Assembly: GCA_964016885.1 (NCBI GenBank)
Contig: OZ024740.1
Coordinates: 40,796,001 to 40,860,000, forward strand
Source: Eledone cirrhosa
Taxonomy: Eukaryota
Direction of reading: 5' to 3'
Length of the DNA stretch: 64,000 nt
The first letter of the stretch is position 1, and each line of letters begins with the position of its first letter. The notes beneath the pieces were generated by a model. The model was not told the DNA's origin and searched no databases. It worked only from the letters and a program-made list of their open reading frames with translations. Position numbers and translations under genes: made by a program. Positions 1-12,354 of this stretch are shown here, piece after piece.

Positions 1-960
1 AGGAAGGCCTGCCATAAGAGAAGTCCCTAGTTAAGAGTAAGCTGCAGTATCTAGCTTTTGCAGATCTGGAAAAGGTCTTTGACAGGGTACCGCAATCTAT
101 TATCTGGTGGTCCTTAAGGAAGCTAGATGTCTAGGTGTAGATGAATGGCTTGTAAGAGCGGTGCAAGCCATGTAAAGAGGTATTGTCAGTAAAGTGAAAG
201 TAGGTAATGAGTTTAATGAAAAATTCAATGTACAAGATTGTGTCGATCATAGCTGTCCTCATACCTCTCTTGTTTATTATAGTTCTCCAGGCCATAACAG
301 AGGGGTTTATGACTGGCCTGTCCATGAGAACTTCTGTATGCTGATGATCTGGTTCTTATAGTTAAATCTGTGGAAGAACTAGAAAAGAAATTCTCGCTGT
401 GGAAACAGAATTTAGTATCAAAAGGCCTTAGAGTAAACTTGACAAAAACCAAAGTTTTAGTAAGTAGGAATGAAGACATCATGGAAGTTACTGTGCTTGA
501 GATGCAGGAAAAGAGTAGAGAGAAACTCTATATGATGTACACAATGTAAATCCTGGGTACACAAATGTTGTAGAGGGATAGCAAGTAAGCTAACAGAAAA
601 GGTAGACTTTGTATGTGGCAAATGAACAGGGATAGTTAGCAGTAAGAACAGCAGTGAAATAAACATTTCCCAATCCCAAGAAAGTACCATAGAAGTAGTT
701 GATAGCTTCTGTTGCCTAGGTGAACTAATTAGTAGAGGAGGAGGTTGCTCTGAAAGCATAGTAGCTAGGATAGGAATAGGTTGGGAAAAGTTTTGGGAGC
801 TACTACATCTATTGACAACAAAGGGATTTTCTCTACAAGCGAAGGGTAGATTGTATAATGCCTGAGTAAGAATTTCAGTTTTTCATGGCAGTGACACATG
901 GGTGGTAAATGTAGAGAATATGAGAAGGTTAGAGAGAAATGAAGCAAACATATGGTTACA
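1..960 (+). mobile_element. Degenerate RTE-clade LINE fragment (RT region)
   Basis: Decayed match to the RTE ORF at 58878-60036 (DLEKxFDRV, ELLYADDLVL, GLRVNLTKTKV, GGGCSES), with stops and frameshifts. Confidence 0.85.
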
Positions 961-1234
961 CATGCTACCGAGTGCATTTTGTCGTGGCACCAATTCTAGG
1001 GAGGTTGTCATGTTTTTGATACACTTTAATTGGCAAGTTTTCTATGATTGGATGCTCTTCCTATCACTAACCACTTTCCAGCATGCCCTGGGTATTTTTA
1101 TTGTGTAGATCACCAACATTAGGGAAGTTATCATGTCTTTGACACAACTGAAGGATCTTCCCAACCCTTTGTTTGGTAAGCTTTCTATTCCTATCACCAT
1201 ATAAAACATATAATTACTGGTTAAAAAATCTTAC

Positions 1235-1415
1235 TTGGCACTTCAAGTTTTCTGTATTAGTTGTCGATACAGTGTTAATAAGATCGTCTCCCTTTCGTTT
1301 CTTTTGTTGGTCCCCAATGCTGGATAATTTGACAACTTCATAATCTTGTTTCTTCACTCCAATACTACTAATCTGGCTTCTTTGTTCAATTTTTCTGATT
1401 TTTTTATGTCGGTCA
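1235..1415 (-). CDS. SPIDR: SPIDR-like coding exon 4
   Basis: Acceptor TTCTTGTTAG, donor GTAAGA; open in the phase inherited from exon 3. Confidence 0.6.
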
Positions 1416-3721
1416 CTAACAAGAAAATTACAAAATATCAGAGAAAATAATAAAAATATCTACAGAACCTAAAAAAAATAATCATATGGTTGTGCAGTTA
1501 AGTAGTTTGTTTTGCAACCACATAGTTTAGGGTTCAATCTAACTGTGCAGCACCTTAAACAAGTGTCTTCTACTATAGCCTTAGTTTCATCAATATTTTG
1601 TGAATGAATTTGGTCAACAGCAACTGTGAGGAAGCCTGTTATATACATGTACCAAGTTGCATCTTATAGGAGGTTTCTCATGTGTTTTAATGATAGGAGC
1701 CACAAGTCTATCATGAAAAATATGAAATGAAGCATCTTGTTCAATAACATACCACACTACTCGGTCCAGGAACTGAACCCATGGTTTTATAATCGTGAAT
1801 CCTATACATTAACTACTAGGTCATGTGCTTTCACTACATCTGTCCCAGTATATTACAGGTATTATTTTATTGATTCCCAGAGTGATGAAAGGCAAACTCA
1901 ACACTGGGAAGAAAATTAAATACATTTAATCTATCTATTGAGGGAGAGGCCTCTCTCAGGCATAACTAGTTATGGATTTTGGTCCCATTGTTGAGTCACC
2001 ATGGGTTTGTCTCACCAAGGTACAAGTCTGGGCAGGGTGTTTAGTGAAAGATCAACAGTTGCTCATACATACCTGTCTTTCCACTCCAAGTCACTGATGT
2101 TCAAGGGAAAGGCAAAGGCTGATACAGCTTGAAACCAGTGTTGGGCTAACTCATATTTTCCAGCTGAGAGGACTGGAGCAATGTGAAATAAAGTATCTTA
2201 CTCATGGACACAACACTTATGATCATGAGTTCAGCACCCTAACCACTAAGCTATGCACCATTGCTCTATTATCAATAACAACAAAGACAACACAAGAACA
2301 ATAATTGTTTCTACTTTTGGCACAAGGCCAGCAATTACCCCAGTGTATTACTGGTACTTTATTTCATCGACCCTATAAGGATGAAAGGTAAAGTTAACCT
2401 TGGCGGGATTTGAACTCAGACCATAAAGGGCCGTAACTCTTTGCTGCAAAGCATGGCGCCCGACCCTCTACCGATACTGCCAATCGGACGCCATGCTTTG
2501 CAACAAAGAGTTACGGCCCTTTATGGCCTGAGTTCAAATCCCGCCAGGTTAACTTTGCCTTTCATCCTTACGGGGTCGATAAAATACGTACCAGTAATAC
2601 ACTGGGATAATTGCTGCCCTTGTGCCAAAAATAGAAACAATTATTTTTATGATGCACAAAGTTAGATTTTATTAAACCGAGAATGATGAAAGAGATAAAA
2701 TGAATCATGTCATAATTTTTAACTCAGCATTTTATCATAAAACTTTACACTGCAAGGCAATTAATAGAGGGCTGAATATTATTAAACTAAAGAAAAAATG
2801 TTATAAAAACTACAATATAAATGGCAATAAGGAAACAAAAAAGAAAGAGCAGGAAAAAAAAAAGAAAAAAAAAAGTAATTAAGCAACGAAAGAAAGGGAA
2901 AGGGTGAGGGGCATAACTGAAACGTACAGCTCAGACCTCAGTCTGAGCTGTATGTTTCAGCTATGCCTCACAGATACTTATATTGCTGGTAACATCTACA
3001 AACAATAAACAATATAACAGTTGTAATTAAATCAATTCTCTACCTTACATTGAATAATCATTAATGTAAGAAGGCCAGTAGAAATTGGATGATGTTTAAC
3101 ATCATCATCCTCATCACATTCATCGAAGCATGCTTGCTTCATTTCTCTCAATCTTCTGTGTTCACTGCCCATGTCTCACTACCATGCAAAATTACACTTT
3201 GTACACACACAACATACAGCCAGCCTTTCTTTCATAGAGAGAAATCTTTTGCTGTTTTCAGATGGACTGTTTTCCATCGTGTTCTTACTCTAACTACTAT
3301 GTTCTTGGTGCAGCCTCCTCCCCTACTAATTTTATCACGTAAGTAATAGAAGTTATCAACTCGTAGGAATCTTCCTGGGATTGGAAAACATTTATTTTAC
3401 TTGTGCTCTTACTACTATCCCTGTGCATCAGCCAAATAGGAAGTTTACATTTTCTGTTAGTCTGTAAATTAAGTAAATTAAATCTCCATCTTACATTGAG
3501 TGATCATTAATATGAGAAGGCCAGCAGAAGTTGGATGATGTTTTAGCAGTCAATTTTGGAAGTTTTCCTTCTGTTTTTATTACACATTTTGATTCTTCAT
3601 CACTGGAACTCCAAATAATATCCTCTTGATCTGAGTCTGGAAACAAAACGTTATATGTATTGTACTAAAAACAGATTTTTTTTATTTAATCAGAACTAAT
3701 TAGAATTAGAGGATTTACAAC

Positions 3722-3783
<62 letters not shown>

Positions 3784-4135
3784 TCATCATCATCATTATA
3801 TATATATATAGTGTACCCCCGGTTATTTGCAGAATTTTCCTTAGAACATAACTAATAATTGTTCGTGGAAACCACCGCATATTCACGGAATCGTAAATAG
3901 CTTCCGCGATTTTTTTAATGGCTTTTTTCATGGCAATATATATTTTTTTAACGCAAAATTATTAATATCAATATAGCGTATTTGCCGGCTTATTGGATGC
4001 CCCTTCACATAAGATGCTCCCTCTTTTTTAATTATATTTTATGTTATATTTTGACGTTTATAGGCCTTTTTATGGACCACGTCCAATATTCGTGGGTGCT
4101 CTAGGAATGTAGCCCCCACGAATACCGGGGAACAA

Positions 4136-4193
<58 letters not shown>

Positions 4194-7100
4194 GAACTAA
4201 GGGAGAAATTAGAAATAAGAGGGATCAGATGTTGTTTACTCGAGAGAAGACTACGTTGGTATGGTCACATGATGCGCATGAAAGACGACAACTGTATAAA
4301 AAAGTGCAGGGCAATAAAAATAGACGGTAGCCACGGAGTAGGCAGACCCAGAAAAACCTGGGACGACTTGATAAATTCCGACCTCACACACTTACACCTC
4401 TCCAAGACAATGTCACTGGACCGAGATCTTTGGCGCTACACAGTAATAGAGAAGACCCGCCTTACCTAAGTACAAAGCGAAACCTACTAGTCAGTAGGCA
4501 CCTCTAACAAAATACACCCCCGTCCCACTACCCACACCCCATCCACACCACCCCTTTCAATGTAAAGTTATGTTGGTGTCACAACATCCAGCCCGAAACA
4601 AATGAGGTCGTGTAGGTGTCACGACAAAAAACACACAGTCCACGCTGTAATGTGGCCGTGTAGGTAACACGGTAAAAACCTCCCAGTTCCACACTGTAAA
4701 TGTGGTTGGTGGTAGGAAGGGCATCCAGCCGTAGAAAACCAGCCAGACAGTCCTATGCGAGCAAGACAACCACTCTTGCCTCAAGTGGGAAAACTCCCGT
4801 CCAAACCTATGCAAGCGTGGAATATGGACGTTTAACGATGATGATGATGTTGATGATGATGATATATATATATATATATAATTGACTACTTCCACACCTT
4901 AAATTTATGGTTTTGAAATCAACCTTAATATCTAATCAATGTTAATATTTGATGAGACAGAGAAATAGCAAAGTGATTAATTGGTACTCAATAATATCAA
5001 TACAATGTAATCAATAATTTAACAAGTTCTATAACTTACTTGTACTTTCTTTAAAATCATTATGTTCTGAAATGAGAGAAAGGTTCTGTGCTACCTTCTT
5101 TCTTCTACTCTTCTTCAAAGTTGTTAAGTTAAGAAAATCATCCCCACATTGCTGCCAATCTTTTGTACTACGGCCAGCTTTCTGCAACATAGACATTGTT
5201 TTGGAGTTGGATTGACATGGAGAAGAATTGCCTTCAATATCCACATCCTCGTCTGAACTTGGCTGGAAAATAGAACAATGCAACCATCATAATCATTTCC
5301 CTGCTAACATGAAATGGGGTCAGATGGGTCTTCACAGACCAAGTCAGTACTGAAGTAGGGCTACTCACCTCCGACAGTAAGCAACCATATTAAATTTACA
5401 TATTTCACTTATTTAAATGTCAGTATTATTTTTAATATGAAAAATTTTATAGTGTCATACTGTTGTCATCACTGATTATATTTTTATTGCCAGAATCAGG
5501 GGCTGGTACAAGGGTAATCAGCACCCTCGAACAGCCCTACAATGTGTACCTCACTAGAATGTGGGATGGTACCAGAGTATTCAACACCCTATACCAGCCC
5601 TATATAACTATAAACTATAGTATACTATATATATAACTATACTGCAATACTATATTACTACTATATTATTATAACTATACTACAACTGCCAAGTTTTCCT
5701 CTCAGTTCACTTATGCTACGTCATTCATGCACACTAATATTACACATCCATCCCATCAGAGCATACTCGCTTCGTTTCTCTCTGGTCTTCTGCGTCAAGG
5801 CCCACTTTATATATATAAAGGGGGTGCTTTTCAGGATGATCTTGATAAAAAGTAAAGTAAATCTCCTGGACAACTCACACAGTAACTTATTTATAGTGGT
5901 AATGGCTTGTGTGGGACCATTCACACTTTTTGGTACTGATGATAGCAACTGTTGGTTCAAATATGCCATGTGACTGATGAACAGCAGACCTAAGGCTTTC
6001 TGTTCAGAGTTTTCCCACTCATGAGGTGAGATATTGAGTGCCAGACACCAGCCTGGTATTTTAATTCCACGCAGATACACATATTCACACTCACGCAGAT
6101 ATCCATACATTGCATGTATTTTTTCCAGTTTTAAACACACACACAATATATATATATGCATATTAAATAGAAAAAAAAAATCTTGTGAGTTCCTTTTGAC
6201 AGGGTTTGTTTTTCATCCCGCATGGTGTCCAAAAACCAGCCTCCTCACTAAGCAAGCTTGGTGGGATTGCTGGTTGCCAATGACCTGACCATGTGGCAGG
6301 TTGTACTGGTTTAAGGGTTAGTTCGCCTCGTGGTTCTAGTGGACAGTAGCTATAATGGATAGTGGACAGCTAGGAAATTAAAATGGATATTGGACAGCTA
6401 AGAAGTTATATATTTAACTAGCTGAGGTACTTGGCTTCACCTAGGAGAACAGTTAAGAGAAGACAGATAAAAGAGAAAAATGACTGTATTGGATATGTTG
6501 TCTGGTTTACAGTATGAGGTGAGACCGTAATGTATGTGTGTGAGAGAAAGAGAGAGACATAAAAAAAACAATCATAAAAGTTCCTTATTAGGCCGGGGGA
6601 GTAAACTGCCGATTAAATGGTAGCATTGGCCTTGGATTTTAAATGTGAAATAACCGTAGTCAGTCTGATCTTTTTCAGCTCCAAAGGACGTCATCTGAAA
6701 CACAGCAATATACTGCATAACATTGCTTCTGAAGTGTTTAGCTTCATTAGTATGGTCTGTAAGCAGTATATGAATAAAAGCTGGAGGGTCCTCTATCAGT
6801 GGACGTCTGACCTTTCCTCCTAAACAACACATGCCAAGTGTAATATCCATGTTACCAATCACGATTTTAGGATCATTTCTATAATTCTTCAATGGTTCAT
6901 ATGAAAACGCAGCTGTGTGTGTGTTCCTTATGTCAGTCGTCAGAAATATATGTATATTGACACACACATATACTTGTCAGAGATCACATATATATATGTA
7001 TGTGTAGATGTGTGTGTGTGTTTAATTTTCTGTGTATCTGATTTACGTGAAGATAATGTGTCTGCAACTTACTAAGGCCTAACGTATGTAACGATCGCGC

Positions 7101-8300
7101 AAACACACACACATTCACAGACACATACACACTCATATACAAAATGTGACGTCGTCGTCGTGTTATAAAATGTTGTTTACTTATAGTTGACTACAGATAG
7201 ATCATTTTAGATAAAATGTTATATTGTTTTAATCCAAATGAAAATAAAAATGACATGTTAATCCCAGGGTCTCATACTATTACAGACAGACAGAGACAAA
7301 GAATTGTAGTAAGAGTTGCTATCACACACACCAGTACTCTTTGTCTTTTATATTATGTTGCATGTGCACCGATATCTATTTCCTAAAGAATGTTATATAG
7401 AGAGAGATTATTTACAAAATGAAAATATATGCAAACATCCAGTCAATTTTGAAGCCATCTGGGTTGTCCAGAATTGATGGGGAAAGATCTGACGGTCTTA
7501 CGCTATGCTCCTGGTTAAGAGGCAGGTGCCTTATTTGGGACGTCACAGTAAGTTACTCTTTTGCTTCTTCCCACATCCTGGATGCATTTGTTAGGGCGAG
7601 AGCTACAGCTTCAGCAGCCAAACGGAACAAAATCCTGAAATACCAAGATCTATCAGCTAACTACATTTTCTTTTTTCCTTTCCCTTTTTTAATTATTTGT
7701 AATGTTATTTATACAACTGTGAATAAAACTGTTTGTAAATTAGCTCCATACTTAATTACATAAATATTTCACATAAAAATATAGAATCAAAACGAAAGAA
7801 AATATTAATTTAACATTAAGTAATGTGTGTCAATTGGTCACAAACCACAAGGGGTACCGGAGTCTGCCTTTAATACTTTTTAAGGCAAATAAACACACAG
7901 GCAGCATTACCGCAGGAGTTAAACTGGATTGTGGACATGAAGAAAAACACTAACGAATTCTTATTAAAGCATCCAGATGCGAATAGAATTATAGATTTAA
8001 AAACTCCACAACTTGAATGCCTGGAATTGATGTTTCATTTTCGTAGTAACCAACTGAACTTTTTTTTACTCGGCAAATGTTGGTGTAAAAATAAACATTA
8101 ACTGTTACAATAACATTAAGTATTTTCTTCTCTCTATTTATTCTAACAATGAAATGTTTCACAATTTCTAGTCAGAACAGTATTATATGACACTATCAGC
8201 CATTCGATTATTATAACAAATGTTAGATTTAAAAAGGAAATAAAGTTATCAATATTTATGATGAACATACCATTAGTGTTATTGTTTTATGACATGACAT
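1235..8300 (-). CDS. SPIDR: SPIDR-like DNA-repair scaffold protein, 5' part (coding exons 8300-8271, 5262-5040, 3636-3495, 1415-1235; continues off the left edge)
   Basis: Four exons join in frame with GT-AG sites (intron phases 0,1,2; donor after last exon phase 0): MSCHKTITLM|PSSDEDV...STKDWQQCGDDFLNL...|NSDQEDIIWSSSDEE...|IDRHKKIRK... The WxxCGxxF and DIxWSSS motifs resemble the recalled vertebrate SPIDR N-terminus (WLRCGEGF, DITWSSS). Confidence 0.6.
2303..2643. mobile_element. Head-to-head inverted pair of a tRNA-derived SINE
   Basis: 2303-~2463 is the reverse complement of ~2484-2643; B box GAGTTCAAATCCC. The same family occurs at 34903-35012, 36291-36475 and 61825-62007. Confidence 0.8.
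3098..3462 (-). mobile_element. Degenerate RTE fragment flanked by an ~80-bp direct duplication
   Basis: RTE-like sequence with a (CAT)n tail; flanks ~3021-3098 and ~3463-3543 are similar direct repeats. Confidence 0.65.
3495..3636 (-). CDS. SPIDR: SPIDR-like coding exon 3
   Basis: Acceptor TTGTTTCCAG, donor GTAAGA, phase 1 to 2; encodes EDIIWSSSDEE. Confidence 0.7.
3809..4138. mobile_element. Tigger/pogo-type MITE within (TA)n
   Basis: Imperfect TIRs (TAGTGTACCCCCGGTTATTTGC / CAGTTGTTCCCCGGTATTCGTG) with TA flanks. Confidence 0.55.
4189..4863 (+). mobile_element. RTE LINE 3' end
   Basis: Encodes RLRWYGH...GRPRKTW...IEKTRLT*, followed by the family 3'UTR and (GAT)n tail. Confidence 0.9.
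5040..5262 (-). CDS. SPIDR: SPIDR-like coding exon 2
   Basis: Acceptor TTTTCCAG, donor GTAAGT; inside ORF 5029-5283. Confidence 0.7.
6418..7407 (-). mobile_element. Helitron derivative carrying a RepHel fragment
   Basis: ORF 6572-6967 contains HFRSNxxQY..FQMTSFGA..FKIQGQxYHLIGSLLP, typical of Helitron RepHel. Minus-strand 3' CTAG at 6421-6418; 5' end approximate. Confidence 0.7.
7440..7740 (+). mobile_element. 3' fragment of the CRE-clade element
   Basis: DGERSDGLTLCSWLRGRCLIWDVTV matches 18150-18370; ends with the same TTTGTAATGTT...TGAATAAAA 3' end. Confidence 0.8.
8271..8300 (-). CDS. SPIDR: SPIDR-like first coding exon (MSCHKTITLM)
   Basis: ATG at 8300, donor GTATGT after 8271, phase 0 matches the next exon; lies next to YY1 motifs. 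Confidence 0.55.
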
Positions 8301-8314
8301 TTTCTCAATGTTGT

Positions 8315-8380
8315 TTAAACCGGCGCCATTTTAGGTGTTTGCCAATTAAGGGTGACGGCTTATTTAAATCCGCCATTCAG
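8315..8380 (-). promoter_or_regulatory. Promoter-proximal YY1-like motifs (AAAATGGCG, AATGGCGG) upstream of the SPIDR-like start
   Basis: CGCCATTTT at ~8324-8332 and CCGCCATT at ~8370, in a locally CpG-containing patch just 5' of the first coding exon. Confidence 0.45.
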
Positions 8381-8581
8381 TTTCCATTCCCACTTGTGGC
8401 CGTTTTATTTCATCTGTTCATAATTCTATAAAAATTCCTTGCAGATTCATAACTTGTTAGTTATTTTATCTGTATCATTCAAAGGACTAGCCAACTGGCC
8501 AATGACAGAATTCCTCACTAAACAAAAACTCCCGGACTAAATCCACACTGGACACAGACCACATCTCCACCGGATAAATTA

Positions 8582-9312
8582 TCTATATATATAAAACTGA
8601 GGATATCTGTCTGTGCTAGAGAAGCACCCAACCGACTGTTTTCAAACTTTACACGTGTAATAGTTATGTTTCAGAGAGTGTTCTAGGCAAAAAAAATTCC
8701 AATTTTCAATGCCCTAGGGACCGCATTAGGCGATTTAGCGATCTCTCTCTATAATTCTTAGTCTTTCTCTTTTTAGATAGATACATACATATAACGTCGT
8801 GCCCTTATAATATCTGTGTGTATGTCTGCTGTCTGCATTACGTCACTTCCCTGAGGATGTCTGTCTGTCTGTGTGTGTCTGTGTCTGTGAGTTTGAATCC
8901 CTAAAACTCGAGAAGTACCCAACCGATTTTTTCAAACTTTACATGTGTATTACTTATGTTTCAGGGAGCGTTATGCACATAAAAAATTCAACTTTTTGAT
9001 CCCCTAGCGCCCGCATTAGGTGAAAAACTTCATTTTTTTTAGCTTTTTAGGGCTTTTTGGAGGCGTTACGTCTAGCCGATTTTCCAGAAATTTCAAGGCA
9101 TATTATGCACATAAAAAAAAATTATTTTCTTGATCCCCTAGGTGAAAACCTGCATTTTTCCTGCTTAACCAAGGAAAATCTTAAAGATTATCCAGCCATC
9201 AGAGTATTCGGTTTATTTTCTTTACATATTGCCCAGGCATGCACGATTAGGTCTGTTGGCGGCCCACGTTCCAAAATACCTTATCTCGGGCAACGCCGAG
9301 TACCACTGCTAG
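8582..9312 (+). mobile_element. Non-autonomous Helitron
   Basis: 5' TC(TATATATATAAAA), subterminal hairpin CTCGGGCAACGCCGAG (9285-9300), 3' CTAG, inserted between A and T; internal direct subrepeats. Confidence 0.8.
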
Positions 9313-10029
9313 TATATAATATATAGATGTGTGTTTACATGTATTATATATGTATACTGTGGCTAATCTCAGCATGACAAGCCAATTATATATTTAGACA
9401 TAAACAACATATATACGCACACATACATTCACACACCTGCATTCACACATAATCTGTCAATGTACACGACTTTGTAATTCTTAATCATTATTCTAAGTAC
9501 ACTGGATCTCCCCAGCTCTGTATAAAACATAGTTAAGCTAACTTGTATAATCTTGTTTACTCTTTCATATATGCTCACCTGTAATACTGCTTTTTAGAAA
9601 AAGTCTGAAGGCCAGATTTGGAAAGCAACAACTACAGCTGATTGTGACCCTACACCAAGATATTACTGGTACCCAGGTGCAAAATCAACCTCAGTGGAAT
9701 TTAAACTTTGAGCATATTAGGATGAATTTGAGCATCATAATATATGCAGTAGGTGGCAAATTGGTATTGCTTTGTGGTATTTGTTACAGCTCTGTTCTCT
9801 GAGCTCAGATTCTACCAAGGTCAACTTTGCCTTTCATACTGTTGAGATATTGGTGTTTGATTCTTCTCTATATCGCTCCCTCACTTTCATTCTTTCACTC
9901 TATCCTTCTCTGGAAGAAATCTGCTGTGTTCAGACCTTGAGAGGAGATGAACTTCACCAAGTTTTAAAATGCCATAAGAAACGCTGTATGTTTGTGTGTT
10001 GTTTCTACGACTGCCCCAGAAGTTACAGG

Positions 10030-10212
10030 TCTATACCATACTGGACATACCATACTACCACAGCACCTCTATGACTGGACCATACCATACTACCACAGCA
10101 CCCCTACTACAGGTCCAAACCATACTACCACAGACCCCTACGACTGGACCATACCATACTACCACAGCACCCCTACGACTGGACCATACCATACTACCAC
10201 AGCACCCCTACA
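10030..10212. repeat. Minisatellite, ~33-38-bp unit (CTGGACCATACCATACTACCACAGCACCCCTACGA)
   Basis: About 5 visible tandem copies. Confidence 0.85.
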
Positions 10213-10727
10213 ACAGAAGTTACAGTTCCATACCAATATATTCATTCTGATGCCATACGTCTTTGTTTCTCACTGTTCACGTTTCTTTAATGTTTGCTGG
10301 CCATTCGTGTGAACCTCAATAACTCAGCCAACATACTGGAAATTGGACCTCAAGCCACTCAAGGACAGTACATGCAAAATGAGGAGGGTTCTATCTCTTG
10401 CATAAATATGAGGTCATTGATGTCCCAAGTGATCACAATAGGTCACAAGTTAGTAATTTTCAATGGGGAGTTTCTCTCTACCCACCCTGATGTATTATAT
10501 TTGATAATATGATAATAAAATATCTTTCTATTGTCTTCTAAAATACTGCCACATTCTGATGGTTCACCATGTGGACTGGCTTCAATGTACCATCAAATAC
10601 TGTCGCAATCACATAGTGAAAGGAGCTCTATCTAGTCTCACTATATCAGATAGAACACCACCTACTATCGACTCACTATGATAGAACCTCACTACAGTCT
10701 ATAGTGAGGGGAGCTCTATCTAGTTAA

Positions 10728-11150
10728 AATATAAAATAGAATAATATACAAATGTCAGGGAAGTGAATAGTGTATGAGTCATGATATACATGTGTGCGTG
10801 GGTTTGGAGAGGGAATATTAAGTGTAGTGTTGGCAAATCTCAGGTAGCATGGAGGTTTTAAAGAATGCAGTTAGTTTGTTCCATGCTTCAGCAACTCTGA
10901 GCGTGAAAAAATGTTTCTGAAAGTCATGGGAGCTGTGCTGTTTTCTGACTTTGTTGGCATGCTCACGTGTGTTAGACATGGAAATCAAAAAGGTACTCAG
11001 GGTTGTTGTTGGCAAGATGGTTAATAGTTTTGTGGGTTTTTACCAAGTCAGTTGCCAGACGTCGGAGCTTCAATGTATCCATGCCCAGGGAAGCAAGGCG
11101 TTCAGAGTATGGTAGATGCCTGATGGAGGGTATTTGCTTGGTTGCACAGA
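10728..11150 (-). mobile_element. CR1-type LINE 3' fragment
   Basis: YSERLASLGMDTLKLRRL and HDFQKHFFTLRVAEAWNKL; same family as 28290-28800. Confidence 0.85.
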
Positions 11151-11279
11151 AGTTAAACAGCTTGCTTCTATTTTTTTTTTTACAAATTTCATTGTTTACC
11201 AATTTAAGTACAAGTAATTTGCGAATTAATTTGCTATTTATTTTAACTTTTACATACAAAGTCTTCCTTTCCTGTTAGT

Positions 11280-11810
11280 TTCCCAGCTATCCCACTACAT
11301 CGCTTGTGTACCAAAAATTTACATTATCTACGTCATATGGAATTTATGCCTACTCCTTTTCTACATATTGAGCATTGCCACTTCGCTGAAGGAATGAGGG
11401 TTCTATCTTCTTTCCTACTTACTAGCAATTTTGGATAAGTTTACTATGAGCTCTTTTGATTCCAAATTCTGTTTCCATAGTCGGAACCTATTCTCTAGTT
11501 CTTTTATGGATTCAGCTATAAAGACCAGATCATCCACATAGTTCCCATGGACAGCCGGTCTCAAATTACTCTGTTATAGCTGGGAGAACTGTGAACAGCA
11601 GTGGGCTGAGAAACAAACCCTGATCGACTCCTACCTGCACTTGAATTCCTCGCTAAACTCACTTCCCACTCTCCCTTTACTGAGAGCTCCTGAGTACATG
11701 GCTTACACATGCCATTTTTCTACACCTAATTTTCTTAAGGACCACCAGATAATTGATCGAGGTACTCTGTCAAACACTTTTTCTAGATCAATGAAAGCTA
11801 GTCATTGCTC
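11280..11810 (-). mobile_element. Degenerate RTE fragment
   Basis: Decayed RT region (FIDLEKVFDRVPRSIIWWSLRKLG, TGCPWEL). Confidence 0.75.
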
Positions 11811-12354
11811 TACTAGACAGACTGTCTTCCATCATATGTTTAATAATAAATATCTATTTATTGTTAGCAGGTCAGCCGATATTTGAAACATACGAAGTTT
11901 GATTCCTTGTAGTAGCCACTGTATTGGGTATTTTACCTGATTTTCTAAGCTAATAGTTATAGCAATTTTACGCATTTGAGTTTCCTACATTTTCTATATA
12001 TTTATTGTTTTATCAAAAATGGTTTGCTAATTAGTGTTGAAATCAATAGCAATTATCAATGATAACGTGCTGATTTATTAGTATTGATGGCAACATATAT
12101 AGAGGACAAAAATAACACAAGACAAAATGTTTTACAAGATATATTTCAATCCTTTATTGTTCTGAGTTCAAATTTCACTTGATATTACTTTGTATATATA
12201 TATATATATATGCATGAAATAAATATCAATGAAACATTACAGTGAGTTCAATTCTTGATAATTTTCTTTACATTATTAGTTTACACAAATCAATAGTGAT
12301 GAAGGCCTACCAAAAATAAATTTTATACACGGATCGTCCTTATAACATAACTTT

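Noticed and set aside
3686-3931. ORFs with YIYIYI or MMMM runs (also 4557-4895, 62428-62616)
   Set aside because: Translations of (TA)n and (GAT)n microsatellites.
9992-10312. Repetitive Thr/His/Tyr ORFs (TGPYHTTTAP)
   Set aside because: Minisatellite translation, open in several frames, with no splice context.
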